Source: an uncultured bacterium
Lineage (GTDB): Bacteria > Fidelibacterota > Marinisomatia > Marinisomatales > JAHJCW01
Length of the DNA stretch: 64,000 nucleotides
Assembly: GCA_963715945.1 (NCBI GenBank)
Contig: CAVQSL010000007.1
Location: forward strand, 123,997 to 187,996
Direction: 5' to 3'
This document shows positions 1 to 10,230 of this stretch, piece by piece. The first letter of the stretch is position 1, and every line of letters begins with the position of its first letter. The position numbers and the translations under genes are program-made. Below the pieces are notes generated by a model. It had not been told where the DNA came from, did not search any database, and saw only the letters and a list, made by a program, of their open reading frames with translations.

Positions 1-65
1 GGTTCAGAGTCCGTTTGGGGAATTTAGGTCGCGGAAATCTGTGTTTTCGGTTAGCCAATTAAATA

Positions 66-1277
66 TTATTTCCCAATTATTCTAAGAAAACGGCGTTTGC
101 CTACTTTAATCACAACATCTTTTGCTTTTAGTTGAACCGCATAATTTATATCAGTGATTGTTTCGTCTTCGATCTTTACCGCATTTTGCTTGATCAAGCG
201 CCGTGCTTCACCCTTGCTTGCTGTTAATTCCGCATCGGCAATTATATCGACCAATAACATCTCTGTTTTTAATATGTACTCGGGTATTTCATCAGGTATG
301 TCTTTATCTAAGTGAATTTTATCAAAATGTTTTTCCGCTTCAAACGATGCATTTTTATCATAGTATTTTTGGACAATTGCACGAGCGAGTTCACGTTTTA
401 GATCGCGAGGATTCTCCCCTTTAGCCAATTTAGATTCTACTTGCTTAATTTTTGATAATTCTTCATCAGCTCCTAATAAAAAGTATTTGACTATCATATC
501 ATCAGGAATTGATAATGTCTTACCATACATCTCTTCCGGTGCGTCTTGTAATGAGATATGGTTACCATATGATTTGGACATTTTCTCAACACCATCTGTA
601 CCTTCTAATAATGGCACTGTTATAATAACTTGTGGTTCTTGTCCACTTTCACGTTGTAGATCACGCCCAACCAATAAATTAAATTTTTGATCTGTACCTC
701 CAAGTTCAACATCTGCTTTTAATTCAACCGAATCCATTCCTTGTGCTAATGGATACAAAAATTCATGTATAGAAATTGGTATTTCATCTTTATATCTTTT
801 AGTAAAATCATCCCGTTCTAACATCCGAGCGACCGTATACTTGCTTGCTAATTTTACAACGTCACTGAACTTCATTGCATCTAACCAAGTGGAATTATAT
901 ACTACTTTTAATTTATTTATATCAAGTATTACTTTAGCTTGGTCAATGTATGTTTGGGCATTCTTTTTAACATCTTCTAAAGTCAATACTGGGCGTGTTT
1001 TGTTCCGGCCGGATGGATCGCCGATCATACCCGTAAAATCTCCAATTACTAAAACTGCTTGATGTCCCAAATCCTGAAAATGACGCAATTTACGCAATAC
1101 AACCCCATGACCAATATGCAGATCGGGAGTACTCGGATCACAACCAAGCTTTACAATCAACGGTTTACCAGATTTATACGATTGTTCAAGTTTACTTACT
1201 AGTTCATGTTCCGGTAATATTTCTTCCGTACCTCTATTAATAATATTTAATTGCTCTTTTACTGATATAAATTCCAT
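66..1277 (-). CDS. tyrS: Tyrosine--tRNA ligase
   Basis: 403-aa ORF with a class I aaRS HIGH-type motif (DLHIGHGV), a KMSKS motif (EKMSKSYGN) and a C-terminal S4-like tail. Its start overlaps the smpB stop (TAATG). Confidence 0.95.
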   Translation of the reverse strand: MEFISVKEQLNIINRGTEEILPEHELVSKLEQSYKSGKPLIVKLGCDPSTPDLHIGHGVVLRKLRHFQDLGHQAVLVIGDFTGMIGDPSGRNKTRPVLTLEDVKKNAQTYIDQAKVILDINKLKVVYNSTWLDAMKFSDVVKLASKYTVARMLERDDFTKRYKDEIPISIHEFLYPLAQGMDSVELKADVELGGTDQKFNLLVGRDLQRESGQEPQVIITVPLLEGTDGVEKMSKSYGNHISLQDAPEEMYGKTLSIPDDMIVKYFLLGADEELSKIKQVESKLAKGENPRDLKRELARAIVQKYYDKNASFEAEKHFDKIHLDKDIPDEIPEYILKTEMLLVDIIADAELTASKGEARRLIKQNAVKIEDETITDINYAVQLKAKDVVIKVGKRRFLRIIGK

Positions 1278-1726
1278 TAGCGCTTTCTCACTTCTCTCTC
1301 GGTTTCTCGTTTAATATCACGTTTTTTGATTGAATCCTTTTTATCATAATGATGTTTGCCTCTTGCAAGTCCAATTTCAACTTTAACCAAACCATTTTTA
1401 AAATACATCTGTAAAGGTATAAGTGTTAATCCTTTTTCAGATACTTTTTTTAAGAGTTTTATGATTTCTTTTTTGTTTAAAAGCAATTGTCTATCCCGTA
1501 CTGGGTCATGTCCTTGAAATCCCGTATGTGAATATGGACTAATATGTACACCAATCAAAATAGCATTTCCTTCACGAATAACAACATAGCCTTCTTTGAG
1601 ATTACCACTGCCTTCACGCAGACTTTTAACTTCGCTTCCTAATAATTCGATACCTGCTTCATATTTTTCTAGTATGAAAAATTCATGATAGGCTTTCCGG
1701 TTAGTGGCTATTATCTTTTCTTTCAT
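1277..1726 (-). CDS. smpB: SsrA-binding protein SmpB
   Basis: 149-aa ORF. The N-terminus (IATNRKAYHEFFILEKYEAGIELLGSEVKSLR) and the basic C-terminal tail are typical of SmpB. Confidence 0.93.
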   Translation of the reverse strand: MKEKIIATNRKAYHEFFILEKYEAGIELLGSEVKSLREGSGNLKEGYVVIREGNAILIGVHISPYSHTGFQGHDPVRDRQLLLNKKEIIKLLKKVSEKGLTLIPLQMYFKNGLVKVEIGLARGKHHYDKKDSIKKRDIKRETEREVRKR

Positions 1727-1832
1727 GGCAAATACTTATCGTGAAAAGTACGAGTTAAGTTATTCTCAATTCAAGGGGTTATTCCTTGCCCATCGAAGGA
1801 ATAAAAATGTAACTTTTGTGGTTATTTTAGAT

Positions 1833-1916
1833 GCCCGGGTGGCGGAATTGGTAGACGCGCTAGATTCAGGGTCTAGTCTCCTTTGGGAGGTGCTGGTTCA
1901 AGTCCAGTCCCGGGTA
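1833..1916 (+). tRNA. tRNA-Leu (anticodon CAG), long variable arm, no encoded CCA
   Basis: Acceptor stem GCCCGGG/CCCGGGT, D-arm GGCGGAATTGGTAGAC, anticodon stem-loop CTAGA-TTCAGGG-TCTAG and T-arm GGTTCAAGTCC, all read by eye. Confidence 0.9.
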
Positions 1917-1944
1917 CGCTTCTTATTTAATTATCTATTTAATG

Positions 1945-3360
1945 CTATATTGTTGGTTTTTTAAACTTAATAAATCCAACCGCGCGCCACACAATCCACA
2001 GTAATATCATATAACCAATTAATACTCCAAGAGTTATCCAATATCCTTTAATGGCATTTCCATACATTACAATTGGGATATTTAATGCTATCAGCATTGG
2101 TATCCCGAGGAATAGAGAAATACCGCTACCATACACTGCATCCTCTGCAACAGGAGTTTCAAACTCGGGGTCTGTTACGCGGAGCAGTACTAAAGCGGAG
2201 TTTATAGTACCCGTCATTTCTCCCCAAAGTTCAATAAATCGTTCAAAGTGATAGTCATCAAAAGCCCGTTTGGACGTCCAATAAAGCATGAATCCAGTCG
2301 CAGGACCACCTAGAAGGCTCATAAGTACAATAGCTTCCCAATTAGACATAACTATTTTAAAACTTATCGCGGCAACCGCGCCAATTACTAAGAAATCTAA
2401 AAATACTCCCATACTACGGTTCATTAACCCTTTATCAATAACATATGCGCGTCCTGACATATCCATGATTTTCCGAACTGCCAATGCGATTAGCAGACCA
2501 ATAACAAAATGAAACGACCAAATTGTTCCCACAAATCCTGCTAAAGCCGGACTATTTCCCATCATTGTTGTTAGCCATTTAACAACAAACCAAGTCAATA
2601 AATAAACTAAACCAATTAAAGATAACTGGAATGCTAATGGTTCAATAGCTTCTGTAGTCATTGTAAGTTTACCAGCAATAGGAGGTTTGCCATCTTTATA
2701 AACTCCACGCCGCATATCATTTGTGATGCTATCAAGATTTGTAATAAGTTTGCTTTTCCCAGTGCGAATACCCCATTGTATTAATGCCATACCACCGAAA
2801 AATGCGTATAAATATCCAATTGTAGCAAAAGTTAGACCAATTTGACCAGCACCAACTGCTTCATACCCAAGCTTAACTAGTTCAGTGTCCCAGCTGTTTC
2901 CCATCGTTGCAGCGAGACCGGGGCCCATACCAAAACCAAGCGGTAACAACAAACCAATACCAATAAATAGATCAGGTTTAATCGTATAAACAAGTATTAG
3001 GGCTATAATCAGACCGATTGAACCTTGTATGAGATATGATGTAAGTGCAGCGATACTTTTACTAACCGGGCCTTTGGTCCAATTGCTTTTTGACTGTCTC
3101 AAACCAAGCGCAATAAATGTAAGCGCTAATAAATGGTAAACATATAATATCAGCCTGTCAGCTTGTAGATCAATTAATCCAAATCCCTGTGTACCGATAA
3201 TTAAAGCAAGAAATCCAGCTATTAAATTATTCGGAATCAAATACTTCTGGAAGAACTTAATATACCTACGGGCCATTGTCCCGAGCATTAAAAAAGCACT
3301 TAAAAATAAAAAATCTAGTACAACAAATCTAAGATTTACATCAAGATCCCATGGATTCAT
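1945..3360 (-). CDS. Sodium/glutamate symporter family (GltS-like) polytopic membrane transporter
   Basis: 471-aa highly hydrophobic ORF. The N-terminal region (LGTMARRYIKFFQKYLIPNNLIAGFLALIIG) resembles E. coli GltS as I recall it. No search was run. Confidence 0.5.
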   Translation of the reverse strand: MNPWDLDVNLRFVVLDFLFLSAFLMLGTMARRYIKFFQKYLIPNNLIAGFLALIIGTQGFGLIDLQADRLILYVYHLLALTFIALGLRQSKSNWTKGPVSKSIAALTSYLIQGSIGLIIALILVYTIKPDLFIGIGLLLPLGFGMGPGLAATMGNSWDTELVKLGYEAVGAGQIGLTFATIGYLYAFFGGMALIQWGIRTGKSKLITNLDSITNDMRRGVYKDGKPPIAGKLTMTTEAIEPLAFQLSLIGLVYLLTWFVVKWLTTMMGNSPALAGFVGTIWSFHFVIGLLIALAVRKIMDMSGRAYVIDKGLMNRSMGVFLDFLVIGAVAAISFKIVMSNWEAIVLMSLLGGPATGFMLYWTSKRAFDDYHFERFIELWGEMTGTINSALVLLRVTDPEFETPVAEDAVYGSGISLFLGIPMLIALNIPIVMYGNAIKGYWITLGVLIGYMILLWIVWRAVGFIKFKKPTI

Positions 3361-3518
3361 AGTATTTCCTTTGGTTTAGTTAGCAAAATATAGTTTCAAA
3401 TTATTAAGAAAAAAAACTACAAATATCAATTACAAGAATTTGTTTTATTATCAAATATCTCTGTATGTTTTATCAAGTCAATCAATCATTTTTAAACTAA
3501 AGAGGGATATAAAATATT

Positions 3519-5924
3519 ATGTTAAAAAAAATCTTTATAACATTATCCATAATTATTTTAGTAATAGTTGTCTTAGTATTATTTTTTGTACGTGGAATAG
3601 CAACCAAAGGTATACCAGATTATAATGCTAAAATTCAACTCGAAAATCTAAAAGACGAGGTTATTGTCTATCGTGATGAATTTGCAGTTCCGCATATCTA
3701 TGCAAAAAATGAAGAAGACCTTTACCGAGCCACTGGATATTGTATGGCACAAGATAGATTATGGCAATTTGATTTGATTCGCAGAGCGACTACCGGTGAG
3801 TTGTCCGAGATATTTGGTGAAGATATGATAGATGCTGATCAGATGCTAAGAATGCTTCGAATACCTGATAAATCTAGATATATTCTTGAAAATGCTAATG
3901 AAGAGATATTAATCGCCCTAGAATCATTTAGCGATGGAGTTAATCAATATATTGAAACTCATCAACGAAATCTGCCACCTGAATTCACGATTTTGGGCTA
4001 TAAACCTGCCAAATGGCTACCGGAACATTCTATTAATTTAATTGGATATATGGCATGGGATTTGACAATGCCGTGGCATATTGAAACTGTTTTCCAAAGA
4101 ATTCGTGAAAAAGTTGGCGATGAGAAATTTGCAAAATTAGTACCCGATCTAGATTTGCAGAAAACTGTAATATATACTGAAATCGGTGAAAACGAGAGTA
4201 CGCTAAGTATCGATTCTCCATATTTAGCTGCAATGGATAAATTGCAAGATCTAGGAATAGAAATATTCAACGGGAGTAATAATTGGGTAGTTTCCGGTGA
4301 GAAAAGCACATCGGGTAAACCGTTATTTTCCAATGATATGCATCTTGGCCTGAGTGCACCAGGAATATGGTACACAATGCATCAAGTTGTGGAAGGCAAA
4401 TTTAACGTGACTGGAGTTGCAGTACCCGGGCAACCACTTGTAGTAGCAGGGCACAATGAACATATTGCGTGGGGTATGACAAATGTCATGGTTGATGATA
4501 TGGATTTTTATTACGAAAAGATCAATCCAGCTAATCCTGATGAGTATTGGTTCAACGGTGAATGGAAACCTTTGGAAGTGCGAAAAGAAATAATAAATAT
4601 TAAAGGTGGTGAAACTGTTGAAAGAGAAAATCGATTTACACATCGAGGACCAATAGTTACAAAAACCAAAAAAATGGATGAAGGAAATCCGATATCCATG
4701 CGATGGGTAGGCAATGAACCAAGTGATGAAATGCGTAGTTTGTATTTGATGAATCGTGCTCAAAATTGGGAAGATTATAAAAACGCCTTACAAACTTTTG
4801 TATCGGTAAGCCAGAACATTGCCTATGCTGACGTTAATGGAAATATTGGTCTTTATTGTGCCGCAGGCGTACCTTTAAGAGACGGTTGGAATGGTTTGGA
4901 GATCATGCCCGGTGAAACTGATAAATATGATTGGAAAGGATTAGTTCCATTTGAGGATTTACCGCATAGTTATAATCCAAAAAGTGGATTTGTCTCATCA
5001 GCAAATAACCGCACAGCTGGCGATGATTATCCTTATCATATTTCACATTGGTATGCACCGCAGTATCGAATTGATCGCATTCGCGAATTACTAACAGAGA
5101 AACAATTGCTTTCGATTGATGACTATAAACGGATTCAAGCTGATCAAAAATCCAAACTAGTTGAAAAAATGATAGCGAAACTGAATCTAATTATTAGTAA
5201 AAATAATAATCTTAACAATATCGAAAAACAATCGGCGGAATTCCTAGCTGAATGGGATGGTGTATTAACTAAAGAAAGTATTGCTACAACAATATTCGAT
5301 CAATTTTATTTAGAATTAATAAAAAACATATTTCTAGACGAATTAGGTGAAGAACTTTACACTGATTATACTAAAGTTGAGTACACACCTTACTTAGCAA
5401 TTGATAAAATGTGGTTAGATGGCAATTCTGAATGGTGTGATGATATAAGTACTAAAGCAATTGAAAATCTTGAAGATATGGTTCAATTAAGTTTCAAAGA
5501 TGCGGTTGCGGAACTATCTACGAGATTTGGAACAGATACTGATAAATGGCAATGGGGCAAAATACACGGTCTAGTACTTGAACACCCAATGGGTGGAGTT
5601 AAAATATTAGACAAGATATTTCATTTGAATCGTGGACCGTATCCGGTAGGTGGAAGCAGTCATACCGTATCACCATATCGATTTGAAAGAAGTAATCCAT
5701 ATAACGTGAATTATGGCTCATCACACCGTCATATTTACGATACATCAAATTGGGATAATTCATTATCGATAATTCCAACCGGTATTTCAGGAATTCCGGC
5801 AAGTAAACATTACTGTGACCAGACTCAGTCATATGTTAATAATGAGTACCGGAACGATTACATTTCACGAGATTTGGTGGAAGAAAGCGCTAAGTATAAA
5901 CAGGTATTTACAAAAAAGCAGTGA
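3519..5924 (+). CDS. Penicillin/AHL acylase family Ntn-hydrolase (secreted)
   Basis: 801-aa ORF with an N-terminal signal/anchor. The internal GSNNWVVSG matches the autoproteolytic Ser-Asn N-terminus of the beta chain in the penicillin amidase family. Confidence 0.85.
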   Translation: MLKKIFITLSIIILVIVVLVLFFVRGIATKGIPDYNAKIQLENLKDEVIVYRDEFAVPHIYAKNEEDLYRATGYCMAQDRLWQFDLIRRATTGELSEIFGEDMIDADQMLRMLRIPDKSRYILENANEEILIALESFSDGVNQYIETHQRNLPPEFTILGYKPAKWLPEHSINLIGYMAWDLTMPWHIETVFQRIREKVGDEKFAKLVPDLDLQKTVIYTEIGENESTLSIDSPYLAAMDKLQDLGIEIFNGSNNWVVSGEKSTSGKPLFSNDMHLGLSAPGIWYTMHQVVEGKFNVTGVAVPGQPLVVAGHNEHIAWGMTNVMVDDMDFYYEKINPANPDEYWFNGEWKPLEVRKEIINIKGGETVERENRFTHRGPIVTKTKKMDEGNPISMRWVGNEPSDEMRSLYLMNRAQNWEDYKNALQTFVSVSQNIAYADVNGNIGLYCAAGVPLRDGWNGLEIMPGETDKYDWKGLVPFEDLPHSYNPKSGFVSSANNRTAGDDYPYHISHWYAPQYRIDRIRELLTEKQLLSIDDYKRIQADQKSKLVEKMIAKLNLIISKNNNLNNIEKQSAEFLAEWDGVLTKESIATTIFDQFYLELIKNIFLDELGEELYTDYTKVEYTPYLAIDKMWLDGNSEWCDDISTKAIENLEDMVQLSFKDAVAELSTRFGTDTDKWQWGKIHGLVLEHPMGGVKILDKIFHLNRGPYPVGGSSHTVSPYRFERSNPYNVNYGSSHRHIYDTSNWDNSLSIIPTGISGIPASKHYCDQTQSYVNNEYRNDYISRDLVEESAKYKQVFTKKQ

Positions 5925-5976
5925 TCTGTAATTAGTAATATAAAATATTGTGATTAATCGGTATTGACAATAATAA

Positions 5977-6005
5977 TAAAAAGGGCTCCAATGGAGCCCT
6001 TTTTA
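5977..6005. terminator. Bidirectional rho-independent terminator between convergent genes
   Basis: AAAAAGGGCTCC-AAT-GGAGCCCTTTTT: a perfect 7-bp GC-rich stem flanked by an A-run and a T-run. Confidence 0.75.
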
Positions 6006-6027
6006 TTAAGAATGATTTAATTCTTAT

Positions 6028-7320
6028 TTAGTACAAATATCCAAGTCCTATGTAAAGACCGCTATTACCATCTAGTTCATCTTTAGCCATTCCATAGTCA
6101 ACTGCCACAATAAAATTTTCATTCAGGGCTATTCTAAATCCGCCACCAAAGGAAAGGTGTAATCCTTGATCTTCATCAGAGCCGTACAATCTTTCATAGT
6201 CATCGTTTCCGTATTCTGATAATATTTTACCTGCATCAACAAAACCGTTCAGAGCAAGATATAAATTCTGTCCTAACAATTTTGTCCGTAGGAATTTCCA
6301 CCGAGCCTCTAAGTTACCAAAACCAATACTGTTACCTACTAACCTATTTTTAAGTATTCCACGTAAAGATTTAGAACCACCAAGTCCCTCAGTTGCTCTA
6401 TATGAACTTTGATAATGTGGTAACATAAAGAATGGCATTTCACCGCTTAAAACTGTTTGGTATCCTAAACGAACTGCAACTGATAGATCATTTGGAATAA
6501 TAGTAAAATATTGACGATGAGTTCCGGTAAATAACGTATATGAAAAATCGTTTCCTAATCCACTTGGAACTGCAGTAATTAATGCTTCAGTCCACATACC
6601 AGACATTGGATTTGGTTCATTATCACGTGAATCATAAACCAATCCTAATTTAACGTAATTAGTATTGCCACCAAGCGCTTCATCAGCATTAATAGCTGCA
6701 TGATTTACATAATCATCGTATAAAATAGTAATTTCAGGTAATCTATCTGCAGCATCTTTGCCGTCATTTAATTTGGCTGTATCAACCGTGGCAACTTCTG
6801 TGTTGTAATAAGCTAACCCAAGTATCCCGCGCAAATTTGGTACAAACAAATTCTTCTGAAAATCTGTAGTTAATTTTGTGATATTGCGCTCATGGCGATA
6901 GTATATGCGTGATTTATAAGCATCATCATCTTCGAGTTCATGAGCAGGATTATTATCACCATTAAAACCATAGAATGGTAACGCTTGTTCAGTTAAATAT
7001 GCAGCTTCTGCCGTGATTCGAATGTCATAGGGTAGCAGATATTTTGAATCAAAGAATATTATGTTTTCTCCACTTCCTTTTGTAGTGCGAGTCCAAGTTA
7101 GTCTTGTAGTGTATAAATAATCAGGATATTGACTTCCGTCACCATAATTATACACATCAAGAATTGCTCCATATAGAAAACCAGTATCAGAGTTATAAGC
7201 AATTGCCGGAACACCACCAAAACTCCAACCGGTAGGGGCATCCTGCCCAACAGTAACTCCTACTGATAAGCCAATAATAAATATAAAAATTAACACTTTT
7301 TTGCATTTTGTCATTTTCAT
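6028..7320 (-). CDS. Omp85-family outer-membrane beta-barrel protein (no POTRA seen)
   Basis: 430-aa ORF with a signal peptide and alternating beta-strand pattern. It has GGSKSLRG and FVDAG motifs typical of surface-antigen (D15) barrels and an aromatic C-terminus (GLGYLY). Confidence 0.55.
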   Translation of the reverse strand: MKMTKCKKVLIFIFIIGLSVGVTVGQDAPTGWSFGGVPAIAYNSDTGFLYGAILDVYNYGDGSQYPDYLYTTRLTWTRTTKGSGENIIFFDSKYLLPYDIRITAEAAYLTEQALPFYGFNGDNNPAHELEDDDAYKSRIYYRHERNITKLTTDFQKNLFVPNLRGILGLAYYNTEVATVDTAKLNDGKDAADRLPEITILYDDYVNHAAINADEALGGNTNYVKLGLVYDSRDNEPNPMSGMWTEALITAVPSGLGNDFSYTLFTGTHRQYFTIIPNDLSVAVRLGYQTVLSGEMPFFMLPHYQSSYRATEGLGGSKSLRGILKNRLVGNSIGFGNLEARWKFLRTKLLGQNLYLALNGFVDAGKILSEYGNDDYERLYGSDEDQGLHLSFGGGFRIALNENFIVAVDYGMAKDELDGNSGLYIGLGYLY

Positions 7321-7498
7321 CCTCTCTTATTTGAAATTATAATGTCTTATAGGTACAAAATTTATGCAAATTGTATTAAAAACATAGAATTTATTTATTT
7401 CAATTTTAGTATTTTTAATTATCCTAAATCACTTTCTTGATTTATTCATTAATAACAGATAATTTCCCGCCCAATATTTAAAGGATAAATAATATTTA

Positions 7499-7756
7499 AT
7501 GGATAGACACGCACAACAAATTAAACGCGAACGGCAAGACCAGGCTCGTAATGAAATAAATTCTAAAAATAGATCAAAAATGCGCACCCTGATCAAAAAA
7601 GTTTTAGGGACTAAAAACCCAAAAACAGCAGAAGGTTTTTACAAAGAAACAGTTAGTTTTATTGATAAAATGACTTCCAAAAACCTTATTCATAAAAAAA
7701 CAGCTGGTCGTCGTAAAGCTTTAATCACCCGCCACTTTAACTCTTTAGCTAAATAA
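7499..7756 (+). CDS. rpsT: 30S ribosomal protein S20
   Basis: 85-aa basic ORF. IKRERQ...RNEINSKNRSKMRTLIKKV and KNLIHKKTAGRRKA match the S20 pattern. Confidence 0.85.
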   Translation: MDRHAQQIKRERQDQARNEINSKNRSKMRTLIKKVLGTKNPKTAEGFYKETVSFIDKMTSKNLIHKKTAGRRKALITRHFNSLAK

Positions 7757-7758
7757 AT

Positions 7759-7790
7759 ATTGTCATTCCTGCTTTTGTGGGAATGACAAT
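7759..7790. repeat. Intergenic hairpin of the TTGTCATTCC family (probable terminator)
   Basis: ATTGTCATTCC-tgcttttgtg-GGAATGACAAT: an 11-bp perfect inverted repeat between the convergent rpsT and thioesterase genes. Confidence 0.55.
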
Positions 7791-7799
7791 AAATAATAT

Positions 7800-8228
7800 T
7801 TAAATCGGATTTAAGTACTTTTTAAATTCATCCGGTACGGGAATGGTTTTACCTGTATTATAATTTATTGATACTAATACAAAATTGGCCTGCAAGATTG
7901 GTTTATTTTCATCTTTCCTGAAGATAGCTGTTAAAACATCATAGCTTTTAGTACCTATCCTAGAAATCCTCTGACCTATTTCAAATATTGAAGGATGTGC
8001 CGCTTGACCAATATAATTAACTTCCATGGATGCTAATATTGAGCTAGTATCCTGATCCCACCGTTCTAGATCATGACCTATTTGACCATAGAGGTCTAGC
8101 CTAGCAGTTTCCATATAAGTTAGATATTTGGCATGATTGATATGTCGCAAACCATCCATATCACCCCAATGTGTATAGATGGTCGTCCAAAAGTCAAAAT
8201 CATTTCTTGAATATAATTTTATTGCCAT
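7800..8228 (-). CDS. Acyl-CoA thioesterase, hotdog fold (YbgC/4HBT-like)
   Basis: 142-aa ORF. WGDMDGLRHINHAKYLTYMETARLDL resembles the 4-hydroxybenzoyl-CoA thioesterase family N-terminal catalytic region. Confidence 0.7.
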   Translation of the reverse strand: MAIKLYSRNDFDFWTTIYTHWGDMDGLRHINHAKYLTYMETARLDLYGQIGHDLERWDQDTSSILASMEVNYIGQAAHPSIFEIGQRISRIGTKSYDVLTAIFRKDENKPILQANFVLVSINYNTGKTIPVPDEFKKYLNPI

Positions 8229-8362
8229 AAGTACCTATAATTATGTTTTATTACATTAATGCAATCGCAATATTAAGGAAATATAATGAAAGTTCTTAAA
8301 TCTGCTTTAATGATAATTTTATTTTTAATTAAACATGACTGAATAATATTTTTCAAAAATTA

Positions 8363-8386
8363 AAAACCCCGCCAAAAACGAGGTTA
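8363..8386 (-). terminator. Candidate rho-independent terminator for the 8415..10052 gene
   Basis: On the minus strand: AACCTCG-TTTTTGG-CGGGGTT followed by a T-rich run. The stem has one mismatch. Confidence 0.4.
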
Positions 8387-8414
8387 TTTATTATTATCTA
8401 TTTAATAAAAGTTG

Positions 8415-10052
8415 TTAAAATCCAAAACTCGTTTCTAAAAATGACATATTGATCAATTCATTAGCATCTAATACATCACCATCGCCATTTTTATCTAAGT
8501 AAAATCGTTTATAGGAATAATTCATTATCATTCCCCAACCTATCTTAACACCAATTGAAAATCCCAAGACAGTGCTTTCAGTTGGTTCAAACTTGAAGAA
8601 GTTTGGGACATTCCTTTGTTGATAGAATGCGGAAACCGATTGAATATTGCCCAAAGATTGTGTTAACTCGGCTGAAGCCGAAAAACTTTCTAAGGTTTGA
8701 TATTTATATCTACTTAATTCTGGGTTTATTTTATCTCGATACCATTTATCACCTAGCATATGCTGATAAGTCGCCCCGACCATAAAATATTCGTTTATAT
8801 CAACATCGATTCGCCCATATATTCCACGCATTGTTCCAATTTCACCAAGCAAATCCGATTTCGGTTTAACTTTAATTGTCGTAACACCATTAGTCTTAGT
8901 CGATGTCAAGGATGCGCGATTATGTTCATAGGCATAATCCCAATATTCAAAATCGAATTTACCTTTAGGAATCATCCGGTATTCAACTTGCCAGCTTAAA
9001 ATACTAATATGATTAAATACTCCAATCGGGGCAAAACCATACTGCAATTCAACATATTCTCCTGATTCGGGATCACGGGTTGTACCCGACATTTTCGCGA
9101 TCTGACTATAGACAGCTAAGTTTGTCAGTTTGCTTTGTATGATTGGAATTGATAGATCAATGGCTACTGCGCCAACCGATTTAGGATTATCGAGAACATT
9201 TAGCGGTTGATTTTTCAATTTGATGTTATTGTCAGGTATTGTATTATAAAAGGGTTCATTTGAAAAATCCTGCCCAACTGCTGCGCCTAAACTATCCCAA
9301 AAACTATGTATCACATCCAAATTGTCGATATCAGGAAAACCATCACCATCGCGGTCATACTCTCTTGGATCACCATCGGCCAAGCCGTCGTTATCAGAAT
9401 CTAACCAATATCTATCATCGTAAGGGAAACTATCAACAATGTCAGGTCGTCCGTCATAATCTCGGTCTTGGAGTCCAAGATACTGATTTCGATCGTTTAC
9501 GGCACTAATGCCAAGATGTAAACCAGTTGGAATTACACTTGAAACCCGACCTCCTACAACGCTTGCATTCTCTTTAAAATTATTGACAAATCCCTGCGCC
9601 GATATTGATTTAGTTTGGATTTTGGCATCCAACCCGATCTTTCTTTGTTGAGGATAATTAAATGTATTGGAATATCTGTTAACTAATATACCATAACCCA
9701 ACGTTGTACGATTTAGTGCACCTGCTCGGAAATACAGCGGTTCATATCTGGTACCATATTGAATAAAATAGATCTTATCTAAAAGTGTATTTTTTATAGC
9801 AGAACCATTTGAGAAATCCCATTCATCCTGATGTATTTTACCATCTTGATCGAAATACAGAACGATATCCAAACCAAGTTTGATCTTCCAAAAATCAACA
9901 GTGGGACGAAGGGCAAACTGACCCCAAACTTTATCATCAATTGTTGCCAAACCAAAAACGCCTCTTAAGGCAAATGCATTTTGGGCCTGTATGCCAGATA
10001 TGAGTAGAAATAAAATGATTATTATGCGATTTTTCTTCATTGTGTCGACCAT
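8415..10052 (-). CDS. Outer-membrane protein with thrombospondin-type-3-like Asp-rich calcium-binding repeats
   Basis: 545-aa ORF with a signal peptide, the segment DSDNDGLADGDPREYDRDGDGFPDIDN, beta-rich flanks and a C-terminal Phe (SFGF). Confidence 0.5.
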   Translation of the reverse strand: MVDTMKKNRIIIILFLLISGIQAQNAFALRGVFGLATIDDKVWGQFALRPTVDFWKIKLGLDIVLYFDQDGKIHQDEWDFSNGSAIKNTLLDKIYFIQYGTRYEPLYFRAGALNRTTLGYGILVNRYSNTFNYPQQRKIGLDAKIQTKSISAQGFVNNFKENASVVGGRVSSVIPTGLHLGISAVNDRNQYLGLQDRDYDGRPDIVDSFPYDDRYWLDSDNDGLADGDPREYDRDGDGFPDIDNLDVIHSFWDSLGAAVGQDFSNEPFYNTIPDNNIKLKNQPLNVLDNPKSVGAVAIDLSIPIIQSKLTNLAVYSQIAKMSGTTRDPESGEYVELQYGFAPIGVFNHISILSWQVEYRMIPKGKFDFEYWDYAYEHNRASLTSTKTNGVTTIKVKPKSDLLGEIGTMRGIYGRIDVDINEYFMVGATYQHMLGDKWYRDKINPELSRYKYQTLESFSASAELTQSLGNIQSVSAFYQQRNVPNFFKFEPTESTVLGFSIGVKIGWGMIMNYSYKRFYLDKNGDGDVLDANELINMSFLETSFGF

Positions 10053-10230
10053 AAATTATATGAATTTCTAACCTTTACAAACAATTATTAATTGTGAAAT
10101 ATCATTTAGAAGTATCACCTTGTATTGAAAATAATTCGTAAAATTAATCTTACTAATTGTTGATTTTATTAAAATCAACTAAAATTTGACATCAACTGAA
10201 ACAATTTGTTAATAAAACTGTAATTAGATT

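Noticed and set aside
1-40. The window start ggttcagagtccgtttgggg looks superficially like a tRNA/tmRNA T-arm plus acceptor 3' end. smpB is nearby, which suggested ssrA.
   Set aside because: The putative T-loop TTCAGAG lacks the conserved A58 position, no CCA or matching stem can be verified because the 5' part is outside the window, and the resemblance is short.
8286-8342. Tiny hydrophobic ORF (MKVLKSALMIILFLIKHD) in the spacer between the thioesterase and the OMP gene.
   Set aside because: There is no convincing RBS, it is very short, and an AT-rich spacer readily yields such ORFs by chance.
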